Shown here piece after piece: positions 29,254 through 42,700 of a DNA stretch of 64,000 nucleotides (its first letter is position 1; each line of letters starts with the position of its first letter). The translations under genes and the position numbers were made by a program. Source of the DNA: Ginglymostoma cirratum (Eukaryota); the NCBI GenBank assembly GCA_024137785.1, contig JAHRHZ010000041.1, positions 22,833,518 through 22,897,517 of the forward strand, written 5' to 3'. A model generated the notes under the pieces. That model did not search any database, was not told the DNA's origin, and saw only the letters and a list, made by a program, of their open reading frames with translations.

Positions 29254-32200
29254 GTCTTTATAACTGGTACACCTAAGATAATTTAAAACCAATATTGTTT
29301 CCTGACATACTGCTATTAAATATGCTATGACTTAGATTCACATATCTGATATTAGTTGTAGTCATGTGGAATTGGAGGAGATGAGGGTAGATGGAGCACC
29401 ACCTTAAAGCCACAATCTTCATCTCAGGAGGGAGAAAAATTATAGGAAGCATCAAAAGTTGGTTTTGTACATTTACTATTTACCTAATGAGCTCTAGTGG
29501 TTGAGGCCATCTGCCTGTCCTCATACATGAGGAAGTCTGTACAAGTGATGCACTCAATAGCAAGGAAAGAATGTCTTAAAAATGGGAAATGCAGTCAATA
29601 TTTTGCAGGTTATACACCAATGAAGCTCCAAATTCATATTTGGCTGATACAACTCAACATAAAGATTGTATTTACAGTAAATATTTTGAAAACTAAAATG
29701 AAGTTTATTGAACAAGTTATGAAAACTGACCTATAATTGAGCAATTAAGCACAATTGCAAAGGAAGTGTTGGATAGTTGAAAGTGTTGTGTTTTGGTGCT
29801 TTGTAATTATCGTAATGTTAAATATTAAAGCAGTTCATAGTTGAACATTATTTCCCTTTCAAAAGACCCTTTTTGATTATTAAAAAACTTTCACTTTTAA
29901 ACCAAAAACATAGTAAAAAATTTCTTTTTTTAAACAAAATTCAAATCTTTGCTAGTTTCTGTCAGGATGTTTAAAGTTTACAACAAAATCTTTCACACAT
30001 GCGCTACCTGCCTAGTGGTTAACAACGTCTAATGTTAGGACCAGGTAAATAATTTTCTCAACACTGAGTAAGGAAAATCAAATGGATAAATTTTGCCATC
30101 TAACAGCTGAAACCAGCAGCAAATGATCTCCAAATAAATCTCCATTGGGATATGATTGATTGAGCAAATATAATGCCACTAATGTCCAAACATTCACAAT
30201 GTTGCTTGATTAAGTTGTACTGGGCATAACAATAGTTTGCAACTTCCTAAACTGCCCAAGGGAAAGTGCAATGTTTGTATAAGGCAATGAGCCAATACTT
30301 TAAGTACTAATATCATCAAGTGCTGCTTTCAAATTCCTCTCTTTTATAAAAAAAAGGAATTTGGCTGTTTCAAAAAAAAACCTTTAAGCAAATATTTATG
30401 GATTAAAGAATACATATCTTTCTAACTACTTAAACATATACAAAAATAAAAGTAAACAAAAATTTCAAAACTGGCTGCTCATGTCAGAAATCCTGATTAA
30501 GTTTTTGTGTTCCTTTTGAATGGATTACTACGTTCCCCACATGCTGAGACAGTGAATCACTCGGGGTTTTCTCAGGCAGAAATGTACTTCTCTGTTCATT
30601 TTTAGTTTTGAATGTGCATTTACCAAATTATCAGTTGCCTACAATGAAGAAAGGAAAGATACACATAGAACACACATGCCTGCACACTACAATTTCCCCT
30701 GGTAAATCTTGTGGTGAACCTTAGTAAGTGGAGGACATCTGAGTTCTTACTGTGTGAATGACATGAACACAATGGTTCTGAACAGTATTTGGCCCATGTC
30801 CATGAATTCCAATATGTTGCACAATATCCCATATGTTGGACCAATATGAATTTCCTAAGCGCTACAGTTATGAACTCTATGGTCTTTTTATAGTGTTGTT
30901 AATAACTAAATGTGTTTGTATTATGCCCACACCCAATCTTTAGGGATTGTAAGTCTATTATTAATTAAAAGTCTGCATTGCAGTTTATGCAATGTATTTT
31001 TCAAAGTACTTGGACCATCTGTTCTAGATTAAGCCAGAAAAGAATAAATGTGAAAAGTAATTATCAACAATCAACTATTTTGTTAAGTTAATTGTCGGAA
31101 GCCAGTTTTCTAAAATCCAGAACACAGAGCCCATTGCTCAATTAGACAAGTTATGAACCAAATACTACAACAACAAATACCTCCAATTGCTGTACTTCCA
31201 AGAAGCTGTTCATCTCCATGATATTTTACACTAAAGTCACAGAAAGTATGAGATAGAGAGTGCAACACTCTACCAGGTGTCAACCACCTGAGTGAAGAGG
31301 ACAAACGATTGTGCATCTTCTCAACCAAATTAAATGAATAACACACAGGTTGAAGCAGGAAGTGTAGTTTGGAATTGATGAATGCATTGTCTAATAAATT
31401 AAATAAAGAGAAAAAGGAATATAAGATTAAAAAAGAGAAAAGAGAAACAGAACACCAACGTTTAAAAAGAATTGAAATTTGAAACAACATACAGATAATT
31501 AAAACCTTAAGGAGTGAATCCCTCCAATTCAATAGTACTCTTTCAGATATTGACTGTCAGGAAAATTTTCACTTTTGTGTTTTGTTACACATCTGCCCTC
31601 GTCTGAAGGTGCTGTGGTATTTGCACATCAATAATAACATGCGCTATTAACCTATTATTTTGACAGCAATTTTGAGGCCATTATCTCTACCAAGCCAGAG
31701 GCAACAAAACTTGAACTGCAGACCCTTGTTTTCAAGAGAGATATAATGCCTTTCAAATATATAATTTTTGGGAGGCTAAAAGCAATGTAGAAGCATATGT
31801 GAATATTAGATAATAATAATAATATTGGGCACAGGGGCAAAGCATCTTATGGATGATTACTGAACACCAGCAAAATGAAAGAGGAAGAGATTATATGATT
31901 TAATCATTAACCATGAAGGGCCACAATAATTTCTGAAGAAGATTTCTACCCTTCCCTATGGGGGATTTGTTGAAAATATCTCACTCTCTCAACAAAACTT
32001 TGTTCTATTTCTTGACATTATTAAGGAAAATAATATTTAATTCACCAAGTGTAATTGATATCAACTAAAGCATGTAAAGGTGCAGTTTGATCTTTAGTAC
32101 AACTAGATTCATGCTATAGCAATATTTGATCACTTAATAGAGAACTTTAAAATAATGAAGGGGTTCGATAGACTATTGATAGAGAAGTTGTTTCCATTGG

Positions 32201-33098
32201 TGGAAAAGTTCAAAACTGAGGGCCATAAATACATGATACTGTAAAGATTTCAGAAAAACCTATTTACCAAGAGACTGGTTAGAACATGAAGGCTAAAGAA
32301 GCAGTAAAGTTGTGTTATTGTCAATCACTCACCATTGAATAGCAAAGATATTAAAAGTTGATCATAAGACATGTGCCATGTCTTTATTATACACACGTTT
32401 CTTTGATTTAAAAACAGTAATCACATGAACTGTACGATTGTCAAGTCTGCGTGAAAGATAAGCAGAAAGTTTTTCTTCGTTTGTGCAGGCTGTGTACCTA
32501 CTCAAATTTTGTACACCTTTTGGTATAAATTGACGTTATTGTTTCATTTAAAGATACATTACTCTAAATTATTTTGCCAGTAGCAATCTCCTCCAGTGTC
32601 ATTTTTACTGAGCTGTATCTGATTATATCTGTGCTGTGGTGCCTGTCTATGTTCAAATAAATGAAAATGCACTGCTTTTTGCGAATTCCCAGCTCTAACA
32701 TTATTCTCTGTTAGGGTCCTTCTCTGTGTGTATTAAATGTGCACAGCCCGCAATCAGAGAGGAATCCTGTTATAGCCAGCAGGTTGGAATGTGCAGCAGG
32801 TTTTTCAAAATCACACTTGGACGATATGTGAACATGTAAGGAACAAATTAGATTGGCTAGCAACTCAGCTTGTCGGCAGTGTACACAGAACGTACTAGAG
32901 CATATTTTACTAAATCAATACCAGCAGCAGGTCAGGAATCAGAGTACTATAGGTTATTAAATCTTGAACTTTTCCCAGTTTTCTTTCAGTAACATTCTGG
33001 AATAAGGCATTTATTTACCTAGCTCTGAACAACATTAAAATATCATTTGCATCTTACCATTCCACAGGTTCAGCAAATTCAGACAGAATTCAGTTAGA

Positions 33099-33100
<2 letters not shown>

Positions 33101-33144
<44 letters not shown>

Positions 33145-33171
33145 TGTGTGTGTGTCTGTCTGTCTGTGTGT
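33101..33171. repeat. (TG)n microsatellite in the CLMP 3' UTR region
   Basis: About 35 TG/TC dinucleotide units. Confidence 0.95.
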
Positions 33172-33440
33172 AAGAATCAGTGAAGCCAGCCTCAGAACTT
33201 AATCGTGCAAAGTAGATTCATCTGTTCAATAGAAATCTACTTTTTCTGGACTTTTTCCCCAATGCAGTCAGTATGTGTGAAGGTATCTAGTTTAGGTAAA
33301 TCTATCCTATTCGGTGAACAAAATTCACTCATGTCAAAATTGGAAATGGGGCAGGTCGCAGGTCAGGTTTTCCAGCCTTAAGTTCAATTGATAAAACTTC
33401 CCAGTACATTGGTTGGAGAATATTTCCCCCCAATCAATGC

Positions 33441-33723
33441 TCATACAGTCTGAAAAGCCCTTGTTTGGGCAGGTATCATGACAGGGACTGCACCCATTCT
33501 TTTCATATGTGCCTGAGTTGGTCCGCTTCTATCAATCTTGGCCTCTGTTGGTGAGTAAGTAATGGGTGTCTTGTTCTCCTCCATTGATGGTGTTTGAGGC
33601 TGCTTGGGGTAAACAGTTCCATTTTTGACAGAATTGACTGAACAGGAACCAGATCCTGTGCTTCCTGTCCCCACTGAAGACGGTGAATTGATGAGCTTTG
33701 CCTTTGGTGCCTCAGCATCTTCC
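33441..33723 (-). CDS. CLMP: CLMP last coding exon (cytoplasmic tail)
   Basis: AG|(R)EDAEAPKAKLINSPSS...RMGAVPVMIPAQTRAFQTV*. Confidence 0.93.
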
Positions 33724-36700
33724 CTGTTCAGTGCAATGAAAGAAAATGTTAAAAATTATATAAATCAAGGTTTGAATTTGGAATGTAAAGAGGCAAAGAA
33801 TCTAACTTTAGAACAAATTCTTAAACGGTAAAGCAGATCAAAAGGCTTAGAATTCCCACTGCTGAGTTTTCTGAGTTTAACCACCATGAAGAAGGCAAGC
33901 AGATGCTAGTCCCTCTTCATGGAAAGGAACAATGAGAAAAATGGTGAGCTTCAGTTATATTCATAACAATATGATTTGTATTTTTAATATAAATATGTAC
34001 ACTACAAATGGTAGATACAGCCAACTGCTTTGAGAATATGCAAACATGATAGGGGCTGCTCCCATTCTTTTTATATGTGCCTGAGTTGGTCCGTTCCTAT
34101 CAATCTTAACCTTCATTATTGGTGAATAAGTAATGGGTGTCTTGTTCCCCTCAGTTGATGGCGTTTGAGGGTGCTTGGGGTAAAGAGTTCCATTTTTTGG
34201 CAGCAATATATTGAGAGTGTGGCATTCAAAAGAAAAATTATTTAAAGAAGCATTTCCTGACAGCTGTCTGCTTACGTGTTCACAGTAAGAACCAAAATGA
34301 CATGAGGAAAAACATTTTTATGCATTGTTAGGATCTGGAATGCAAGGCCAGAGAATGTGGTCAAGGTAGATTCAAGGATGGTTTTCAAGCTGGGATTGGA
34401 TAATCACCTGATGAGAAAAATCCACCACTTGGGAATAATTAACTTAATGTTGCAGAGACAGTGTGGGCTGAATAGCCTCCTGTGTTGTAATTATTCATTT
34501 GATTCTAATTGATATCCAGGTACACTGGTGTCTTGAACTGTACTCAAAATGGCAGTTGTATGTGTGTAGGCGAACTTTGTTTTGATGTACTTTGTTCAGG
34601 GATGACCTGAACATTTGTCAAAGGCTACTCAAGTTTCCTTTTTGTCTCTCTGGTCCACAGACCTGTAGCTTGTAAATATTATTGTGGGTTTGTAATTGGC
34701 AGCCCTTTATCCAGTTGAGCAGTCATTCTGAACTTGCATGAGCTGGGGTGATCCAACGTTAACGTGGCTTGTTCAGTGGTAGATCTCAGTGCTAGGTCAG
34801 GGAACATGTCTGAAGTATCTGTAAGGTAGAATGCTGAGGATGCTGGAAAACATACTGTGCTCCCAGATAGGAAACATGGGGCTGGATGAACACAGCAGGT
34901 CAAGCAGCTGCTTGACCTGCTGTGTTCATCCAGCCCCATACTTGCTATCTCGGATTCTCCAGCATCTGCAGTACCTTTTATCTCTGATACTGTGCTCCCA
35001 TTCCGTTTCTTGTATGTTTGCATGTACCAATCTTAATTTTGTGTCTCAGAACATTGCTTTTTGGATACAGATGTTCCTTGTTTTGCTATTCATATAGACA
35101 ATGGACTGGTCTTTTGTATTTTTACAGCTATGACCACTCTCTTTGCCTTTTTACCGTGAAATATTTTGGCAAATATGTTGTGATCATGTGAGGTAGGGGC
35201 TGCGGTGTGAATCGGCTCCTCCCTTTTCACCCTCCTCAGTTGGTCACAACAAAATGTTTTAAAATATTATTAAGCGTGCAACTATTCCTCACTCTAATTA
35301 AATTGTAGTTAACTAGTTTACCAAAAGCAATAAATATGGAATGATAAGGTTTTCTTGAGTAAAAGAAGAGAAACTTTACAACTTGCTAACTGCAATAAAA
35401 ATACAATGAAGCATCAAACATATGCAGAAACATGTACAAAGTTATAAAGGCAACAATGTTCAGCACAAAAAGGAAGATAACAGAATGAAAGTAAAATAAA
35501 AGCAAAATATTACAGATGCTGGAGCACTGAAATTAAACAAAGTGCTGGAGCAACTCCATAGGTCTGGCAGCATCTGTGGCTGTAGAAGCAAGGATAATGT
35601 TTTGACCTCACTGATGCTTCTTTGAAAGATAAAAGCATTATAAAGGTATTCCTGAGCTACCAGGTTTTAAATGAGACCACCATTAGTTAGGAATATCTGA
35701 ATCAATGGCAGCCATGAAACCTGTGGATATTTTTGAGTTATCAGTTTTCAGACTTTGCTCAAACTCAATGTAATTCCTGAGAGAGCAGAGAGAGAAATAG
35801 GGAGGGAACCTTCTCTGGTTCCAGTTACAAATCCAGTTACTCATCAAGTTCCTCAGATCTGCTGAAAATGTTGCATGAAATACAGCTCATTTGTGTATTC
35901 TTGTGTCTTGATTTATTCTCTGCAATCTGGATAATTGTAGGTGATTTTATTTTTTATCTCCAACATATATGCATTTCATAAAGGTATAAAGCAAACAGAA
36001 CACACAAGTCTGGTTAATTGGTTTCAGTCTCTTTTGATAAAAAGAAATTAATTTCAGTAGATTTCCCTCAGATGGATTTTGATGACAAGTTCAGTGCTCA
36101 ATATTCAAATATCTCCAGGCTAACAGACCTGAAATCCTGGAAAACTACAATGGTCATGTGCATCTTTTAGACCACAGGTTACCACCTTACCTGATCTCAT
36201 TTGGAGTTTCCTCTTCCTCATATTTATGCTTCCCTTTCAGGTACAGTGTTAGCCAAATGATTAGGAAGATTAACAATAGCCCAACTATAACTCCAATAAC
36301 AGCAGCAGCAATGATCCAAGGATCAAGCTCATCTGGAAAAAAAAGTGGACAAATTAATATTGACATCCATTTCCAACTAGGTTAATGTGCATGAAAGTGC
36401 GCCAATGGTTTTTTCATCATAAATGTGGGTTTATACTGATATTTTTCTTTGTGACTTTATCATGACATATATTTTCCATTAACTTGTTAAAGTATTATTT
36501 TCTGCTCTATGCTCATTATTGATCTACATGATAATTGTGAATTCAGAATTTCTATTTTGCCATTCTGACAGATTGAACTTCCCATAGTTAGGCAGGTTGC
36601 AGACCTTACTTAAAAAGGGAATGTTTTAAACTGCCTTTGTCAAGGTGGCACATGCTGAATTTAAAGTTGGGTCATGTGGCACAACAATTTTTATTTTCCC

Positions 36701-39700
36701 TGTAAAACATCATAATTGATTCTTTGTCACTGTAAGTTTCATTAGCCCAGATTTTGTTGTCAGTGTTGAAGCAATTATGCTCCCTGCTGACCTTAGCAAG
36801 GAGGCAATAGGCTAGTGGTATTATTGCTGGACTGTTAATCCAGAGGCCCAGGTAATGTTCTGGTAACCTGGTCTCAAATCCCACCATGGCAACTGGCAGA
36901 ATTTGAATTCAATAAAAATCTGGAATTAAAAGAGTCTACTGATGACGATGAACCGTTGTCCGTAAAAACCCATCTGGTTCATTAATGTCCTTTAGGAAAG
37001 GAAACTGCCATCCTTACCTGGTCTGGCCTGCATTGACTCCAGTCTCACAGCAATGTGGTTGAATCTTAACTGCCCTCTGGGCAATTAGGGATGGGCAATA
37101 AATGTTGGCCTAAGCAGCGAAGCCCTCATCCCATGAATGAATTAAAAAAAGCTGTGCAGAAACAACTAATCAGCTCTGCAGTGTGGATTTTTCCTTTCCT
37201 GGTATTAATTTCACTCTGATGATAACTATAGCAGAGATCCAGCAACCAGCAGCAGCGATGTCATCAAATAGGCAAAGCAACCACTGATACTGATGACTTC
37301 TCACAGACAGCAAACCAGAAAGTAACAAACTGGTTTTATCATTCATTGTTTTACATAAAGCAAAATAAAGATTGCAATGTACACTAGATTAAGCTAGAAA
37401 TTGAAAAGTCATTACTAAACTTTAAAAAAGTGGATAGTACGTTTTTTTTATCATGGAATAGAGAAATCTGGCTTTCCACAAATATGGAATTAGTATTCCA
37501 GAGAGATTATTCAACAATAAGTAAGACTTTATTCAACAAGATGTACTTTTTTCAATGTTTTTATTCTGAGCACAGAATGGAATGAATGTAAATTCATGTC
37601 AATTCAGTGATTTCAAAAGAATTTTCATCAATAAGGCTTTGAAAGCAGAAGAGCAGGTTGTCGTCATCAGCAATCACTCGCTAACGTGTATGATTGCCAA
37701 TTCCACGTCACTGGTCATGGATTCTGTAGTTGCTTTCATCAGTGATGAGTCTGATCCTAAAGCCATACCTCCAACTATACATTTGGCAGGTGTTCCTGGG
37801 ACGTCCTTGGTCTCGATAAATGCCTTGTGCAGCACATCTTTTAACATGGGAATGCTGTCAGCATTCAGCAGACAAATGGTCCTTGACAGAAGCTAGATCC
37901 AGTTCCAGCGCCAAGGAAGCCTCAATGACAGGGGATCTCCCTACTGCTGTAGCCTTCACCTGTCATTGCAGCTGTTGATATCACGTATGTATCACCTGCC
38001 TGGATCACTGTTGAGGTCACTGTACTTTGTCTGGTTCCGCCCCTCCAACTTTACCATCATAACATCATACGCTGCCAGGAATTCAGAACTCCCAATGGCA
38101 TCGCTCTCATGACCAACAGAACACTTGAGCCTCGCCCGCACAGCAAGATGGCAATCCACAGAAAGGAATGGAACAGAAAATCACTAGCAGCAACTTTTTG
38201 AGTTCCCCTTTTAGCATCATGCAGGCCCACAGCAAATGTAAATTTTACAGAGTAACGACAGTGAATGTACAGTGTTTCATTATCATTACAACAGCAAACT
38301 CTGGGCAACTGTGAATAAATCTGCTTTAAGTTGTTTGGTAGTACACTTTTGGTGCAATTCCCAAATTCTTTTATATAATTTATTCAGGCAGATGACTCAC
38401 CCATAATTACGACATTAACAATGCAGCTTTCTTCCCCTGCCTCATTTATGGCACTGCACTTGTATAGACCAGCATTCACCTGGCTCAAATTCTTCAGCAA
38501 AAGCATTTCAGGAGTTTTTGAATCTGAAGAAGAAAGTACATCTTTGTTAAACGGTGAATTCTATACAAAGGATTTAACAAGTCAATAACTGAAATTTTAC
38601 TTCAGAATATGTCACTGTAAATGAAACCTGTAAGGTGTTGATAACATTTTAAAATTTATGTCATTTGTTTGCTGAATAAATTTTGGGGTAATTTCCAATG
38701 ATAGCAAGTATTTTCATTGAACTAAGTTTCCATTCTGAACTCGATACTTTTGAGTTTTTATTTCTTTCTTTTGCAACTGCATCTTTTATGTACATGTCAT
38801 TTTTCCTGCCCATTAGACAAGCAGATAACCTGCTCTCTGTTCTGTGTCAGTGCCACATAGTTACTGTACACTTAAAAGTACATGAATTTTCCTAAATTTC
38901 TTCTGAGTTTCCATCTCTGTTTGAAGGGACTCCTGCATCTGCCTTTCTGTTAGAGCAGAGTTCATGAGCTCTTGCTGAGGGAAATTGTGATTATAACTCC
39001 CTGATTCTATTTTCTGCAGTCTTCCACTGTCTGTCAGTATTGGATTTTGGACTTTGATGAATGGTGTAGTCCAAGGAGGGAGAGCTTGGTTTGGCATGAC
39101 TCTGAACCACATTGTTTGTGCTTTCCCAGGCACTAAGATGGTATTATACCAAATTAGACAATACAATGATAAGTTGCTGTGTCTTTGCTGACAAAGCATT
39201 GCAAAATTGAAGAGAATTTTATTCCTGCATCGTTTTAACTTCTAATGCCACCGTTAACAATGTACCATTCAAAAATAGTGAAATTGTGGAACATCTATGC
39301 CAATATGACTCCAGTAGAAAACCACCCTCACAGTAACATATTTCAGATATTTCAACAATGGTGCTGCTATTTAATTACATTTCTTTATTAAATGAACAGC
39401 ATAAACTGTAACTGCTGGAAATTTGAATTAAAGCAAAAGAAAAAGCTAAAACCACTCAGCAGACCAACCAGCATAAATGGGGAGAATAACTTTTCATCTT
39501 AAAATTCAATAACATTGCAATCACTGAATCTCCCACTATCAACAATCCAGGGGCTTATCATTGATCAGAAACTGAACTGTATCGAGCATATAAATACTGT
39601 AGCTAAAAGAACATGTCAGAAGTTGGATGTTCCATGGTAAATCACCTCCTGTCTTCTCCTGCCTCTCCTGTCCACCATCTCTACAAGGTACAAATGTAGA

Positions 39701-42700
39701 GTGTGATGGAATACTCTTCACTGTTCTTGCTGAATGCAGCTCCAACAACACTCAAGGAACTTGATGCCATCCAGGACAAAGCAGCCTGCTTAACTGGCAT
39801 GTTACCCACCACCTTAAACAATCACTTTCTCCCAATTCACCAGGCATATTCCAAACCCATAGCCTCTACTACCTGGAAGGACAAGGGCAGCAGTCAGATG
39901 AGAATAGCATCTGCAAGTTCCCCTCCAAACCACACACCATCCTGACTTGGAACTATATCACTCTTCCTTCACAATGTCTGGCTCAAAATCTAGGAACGTG
40001 CTAACAGCACTCTGGGTGTACCTGCACTAGGTGGATTGCAGTTCTAAGAGACTCAACACCACCTTCTCAAAGGCAATGAGGGATAGGCAACAAATGCTGG
40101 TCTTACCAGCAACACCCATATCCCATCAACAAATAATAAAACCTGTTGATTCTTTTTCAGAGTTGGAAGATATATAGCTTTTATTTCTAAACGCAGTTTG
40201 TCTGTAATACCTCCACTTCCAATTATCATTCTGCAAATGGAGAATTAATTCACGTGTTCTTGTAAAAGATGCTGGCTGACCTGTTAAGTGTTCCAAGTAT
40301 TTTCTTCAGCTGCAGAAATCTGATTTGAAACCCATTATTCTGTTCAGAAATAGAGTAAACATGTGGCACCCTGATTTGGATTGTGTGTTTTCTGTGTGTA
40401 TGGAACATATCCAGTTTTTGGAAAAAAATAATTCACTGACCTATGTGTAAGCTTGGATGTAGTTTGGCTTGATGTTCTTCTGTATCCGAAACAGGTTTCC
40501 AATCGTACAAGATGGGTTGGGTGCCTTTGTCCGATTTACACTGAAGTTTGATATCATTTCCTTTCAGTAACTTCCCTTGGGTCCAACACTTAGGTTTAGC
40601 GGGTTTGACTGAAGTAGAGCAGAAGTACTTTGATTGATGTCACAGATTTTAATCAGATTATTAGTTTTTATAATAGGCAATTTTAGTTATTTTCTTATAG
40701 ATAATAGCATTGCATATGAGGTAAATGACTGGAATTCAGCTATATTATTACTTATTGGTATTTCTGTGCACTGCTTGTGAGACTGTCAATAAATTCCTGT
40801 TTGTCAACATGTCTCCGAAACTAGTATAAGAAATACGTGTTTGCCTTTGATGACAAGGAAATTGCATTTGACCATAAGACATGGGCCATAAGACTGCCCC
40901 ACCATTCAATGAGATCATGGCTGATCTGAAAATCTTCAATCCACTTTCCTCGCCTTTTCCCCAGAATCTTTGATTGCCTTACATATTAAAAATCTATCTT
41001 TTTCAGCTTTGAAAATACTTAACGTGCCAAAATCTACAGCCTTCCGTAGTGAAGAATTCCACAGAATCACTACCCTTTGAGTGAAGAAGTTCCATCTCAT
41101 CTCTGTATGATTCCTTATTCTGAGGTTTCACCCTCTGGTCCTAGACTTTCACACAAGGAAAACAACCTTTTCACATCCACCCTCTCAATTCGCTTAATGA
41201 TGTAATATGTTTCAATAAGCTTGCCTTTCAATCTTCTAAATTCTGGTGAGTACATTGCATTTATACATTTGAAAGTACGAGTGCATTTTAAAGCACAATG
41301 GCATGTCACAGCATAAGGGGTCCAGTTACAAGTCTTTCACTCAACAAAGCGCATATATGCCAGATGGAATACTGTGAGATCAAAATCAAGGTACACATTT
41401 ATCAGCTTTTTTTTAACTTACTTCCATTATAAAAACTGTTATGAATTCTGCTTCCACCACTGTTTCTGATAGAACTTAGATCTCCAAACAAATTCCCATA
41501 TAAAATAAATTTCACTAAACTCTATTTTTGTTTATTGAATGTTAAATGCCCTCTCACAAACTCATCAACCAATGGAAATAGTTTACCTTGACTGACTACT
41601 CTTATCAAATCCCAATAGTGTTAAACATCTTTTCAGTCTCCTTTCAATCTTCTTTGTTCTAAGAAAAGGCAATCTGAGTTGTCTAGCCTTACCTCATGAC
41701 CAAAATCTCAAACGAAACAGCAGAAGAGAAGATTAGAAAAATCTTGCAATAATTATTTCATGACTTCCTTCTGAACATGCAGCAGATGGCACTCCAGGTA
41801 AATATCCTTGGTTAAAGTGAAGCTTATAGATGAGGATAATTGGACTGAACAGAAAAATTCAACACGCTCCATTCTAAAGTCATACGTCATGTCCTTATTT
41901 TTATAAAATGCTGTTATATTTTACTATTCTTTCTCCTTAATTATGAAACTTTGAGGCATTTGGGAATGAGTTGAATTAATTGGAGGGTTGCAGGTATAGG
42001 TTGAGGAGCTGAAAAGATTCAAATGAAACAATACAGTGCTGCACTTATTGGGAGAAAGTAACAATAATGTGATAACTTTACACAAGTGGTTTTCATTCAG
42101 CATGAGAATAATGGAATTTATAATACAAACAGTTAAGGGTAACAAAAGCAGGATGACAGGAAATAAAGTTTAAAGACAGAAAAGAAATGCAAGAATAAAT
42201 CACTTCTATTATTGGCAAAAATTGGCAAGAGTTTTGAGAAGTGAATTTATGGTGTCCACTGGAAAATTAGATCAGACCCAATTTCATGAAGAGAGCCTGC
42301 CTGATCTTTGCCATGTATTTTGACATTATTACTACACATTTTCAATACAAACACACAAAATCTTTGATTACATTACAAAAGTGCTCAAAATAAAATTTAC
42401 ATTTGTCCAGACACTTACTTAAAACAACAAGATTAATAGCATTCTTCCAGTCATACACTCCTTCATTTTTCACTTTGCATGTGTACAGCCCCGAGTCTGT
42501 CGAATGTAGGGATGATATTTTAATGGAAGCATCCCCCATCTGGTAATTTGCTGCAAAGGAAACTCTTCCTCTCTGCCTTGCACTTATATTCGTGTACACT
42601 CTACCTGAAGAATAGGTAATCACCTGTAAGTCAAACAGAATAGAATTAGATCAATTTTTAAAAATACATTCACAAGATGTAGGTGTCACTGGTTTGACCA

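Noticed and set aside
37680-38250. GC-richer intronic block with a PGS-x-D-like remnant on the minus strand
   Set aside because: Possibly another very old Harbinger fragment, but too decayed to support a call
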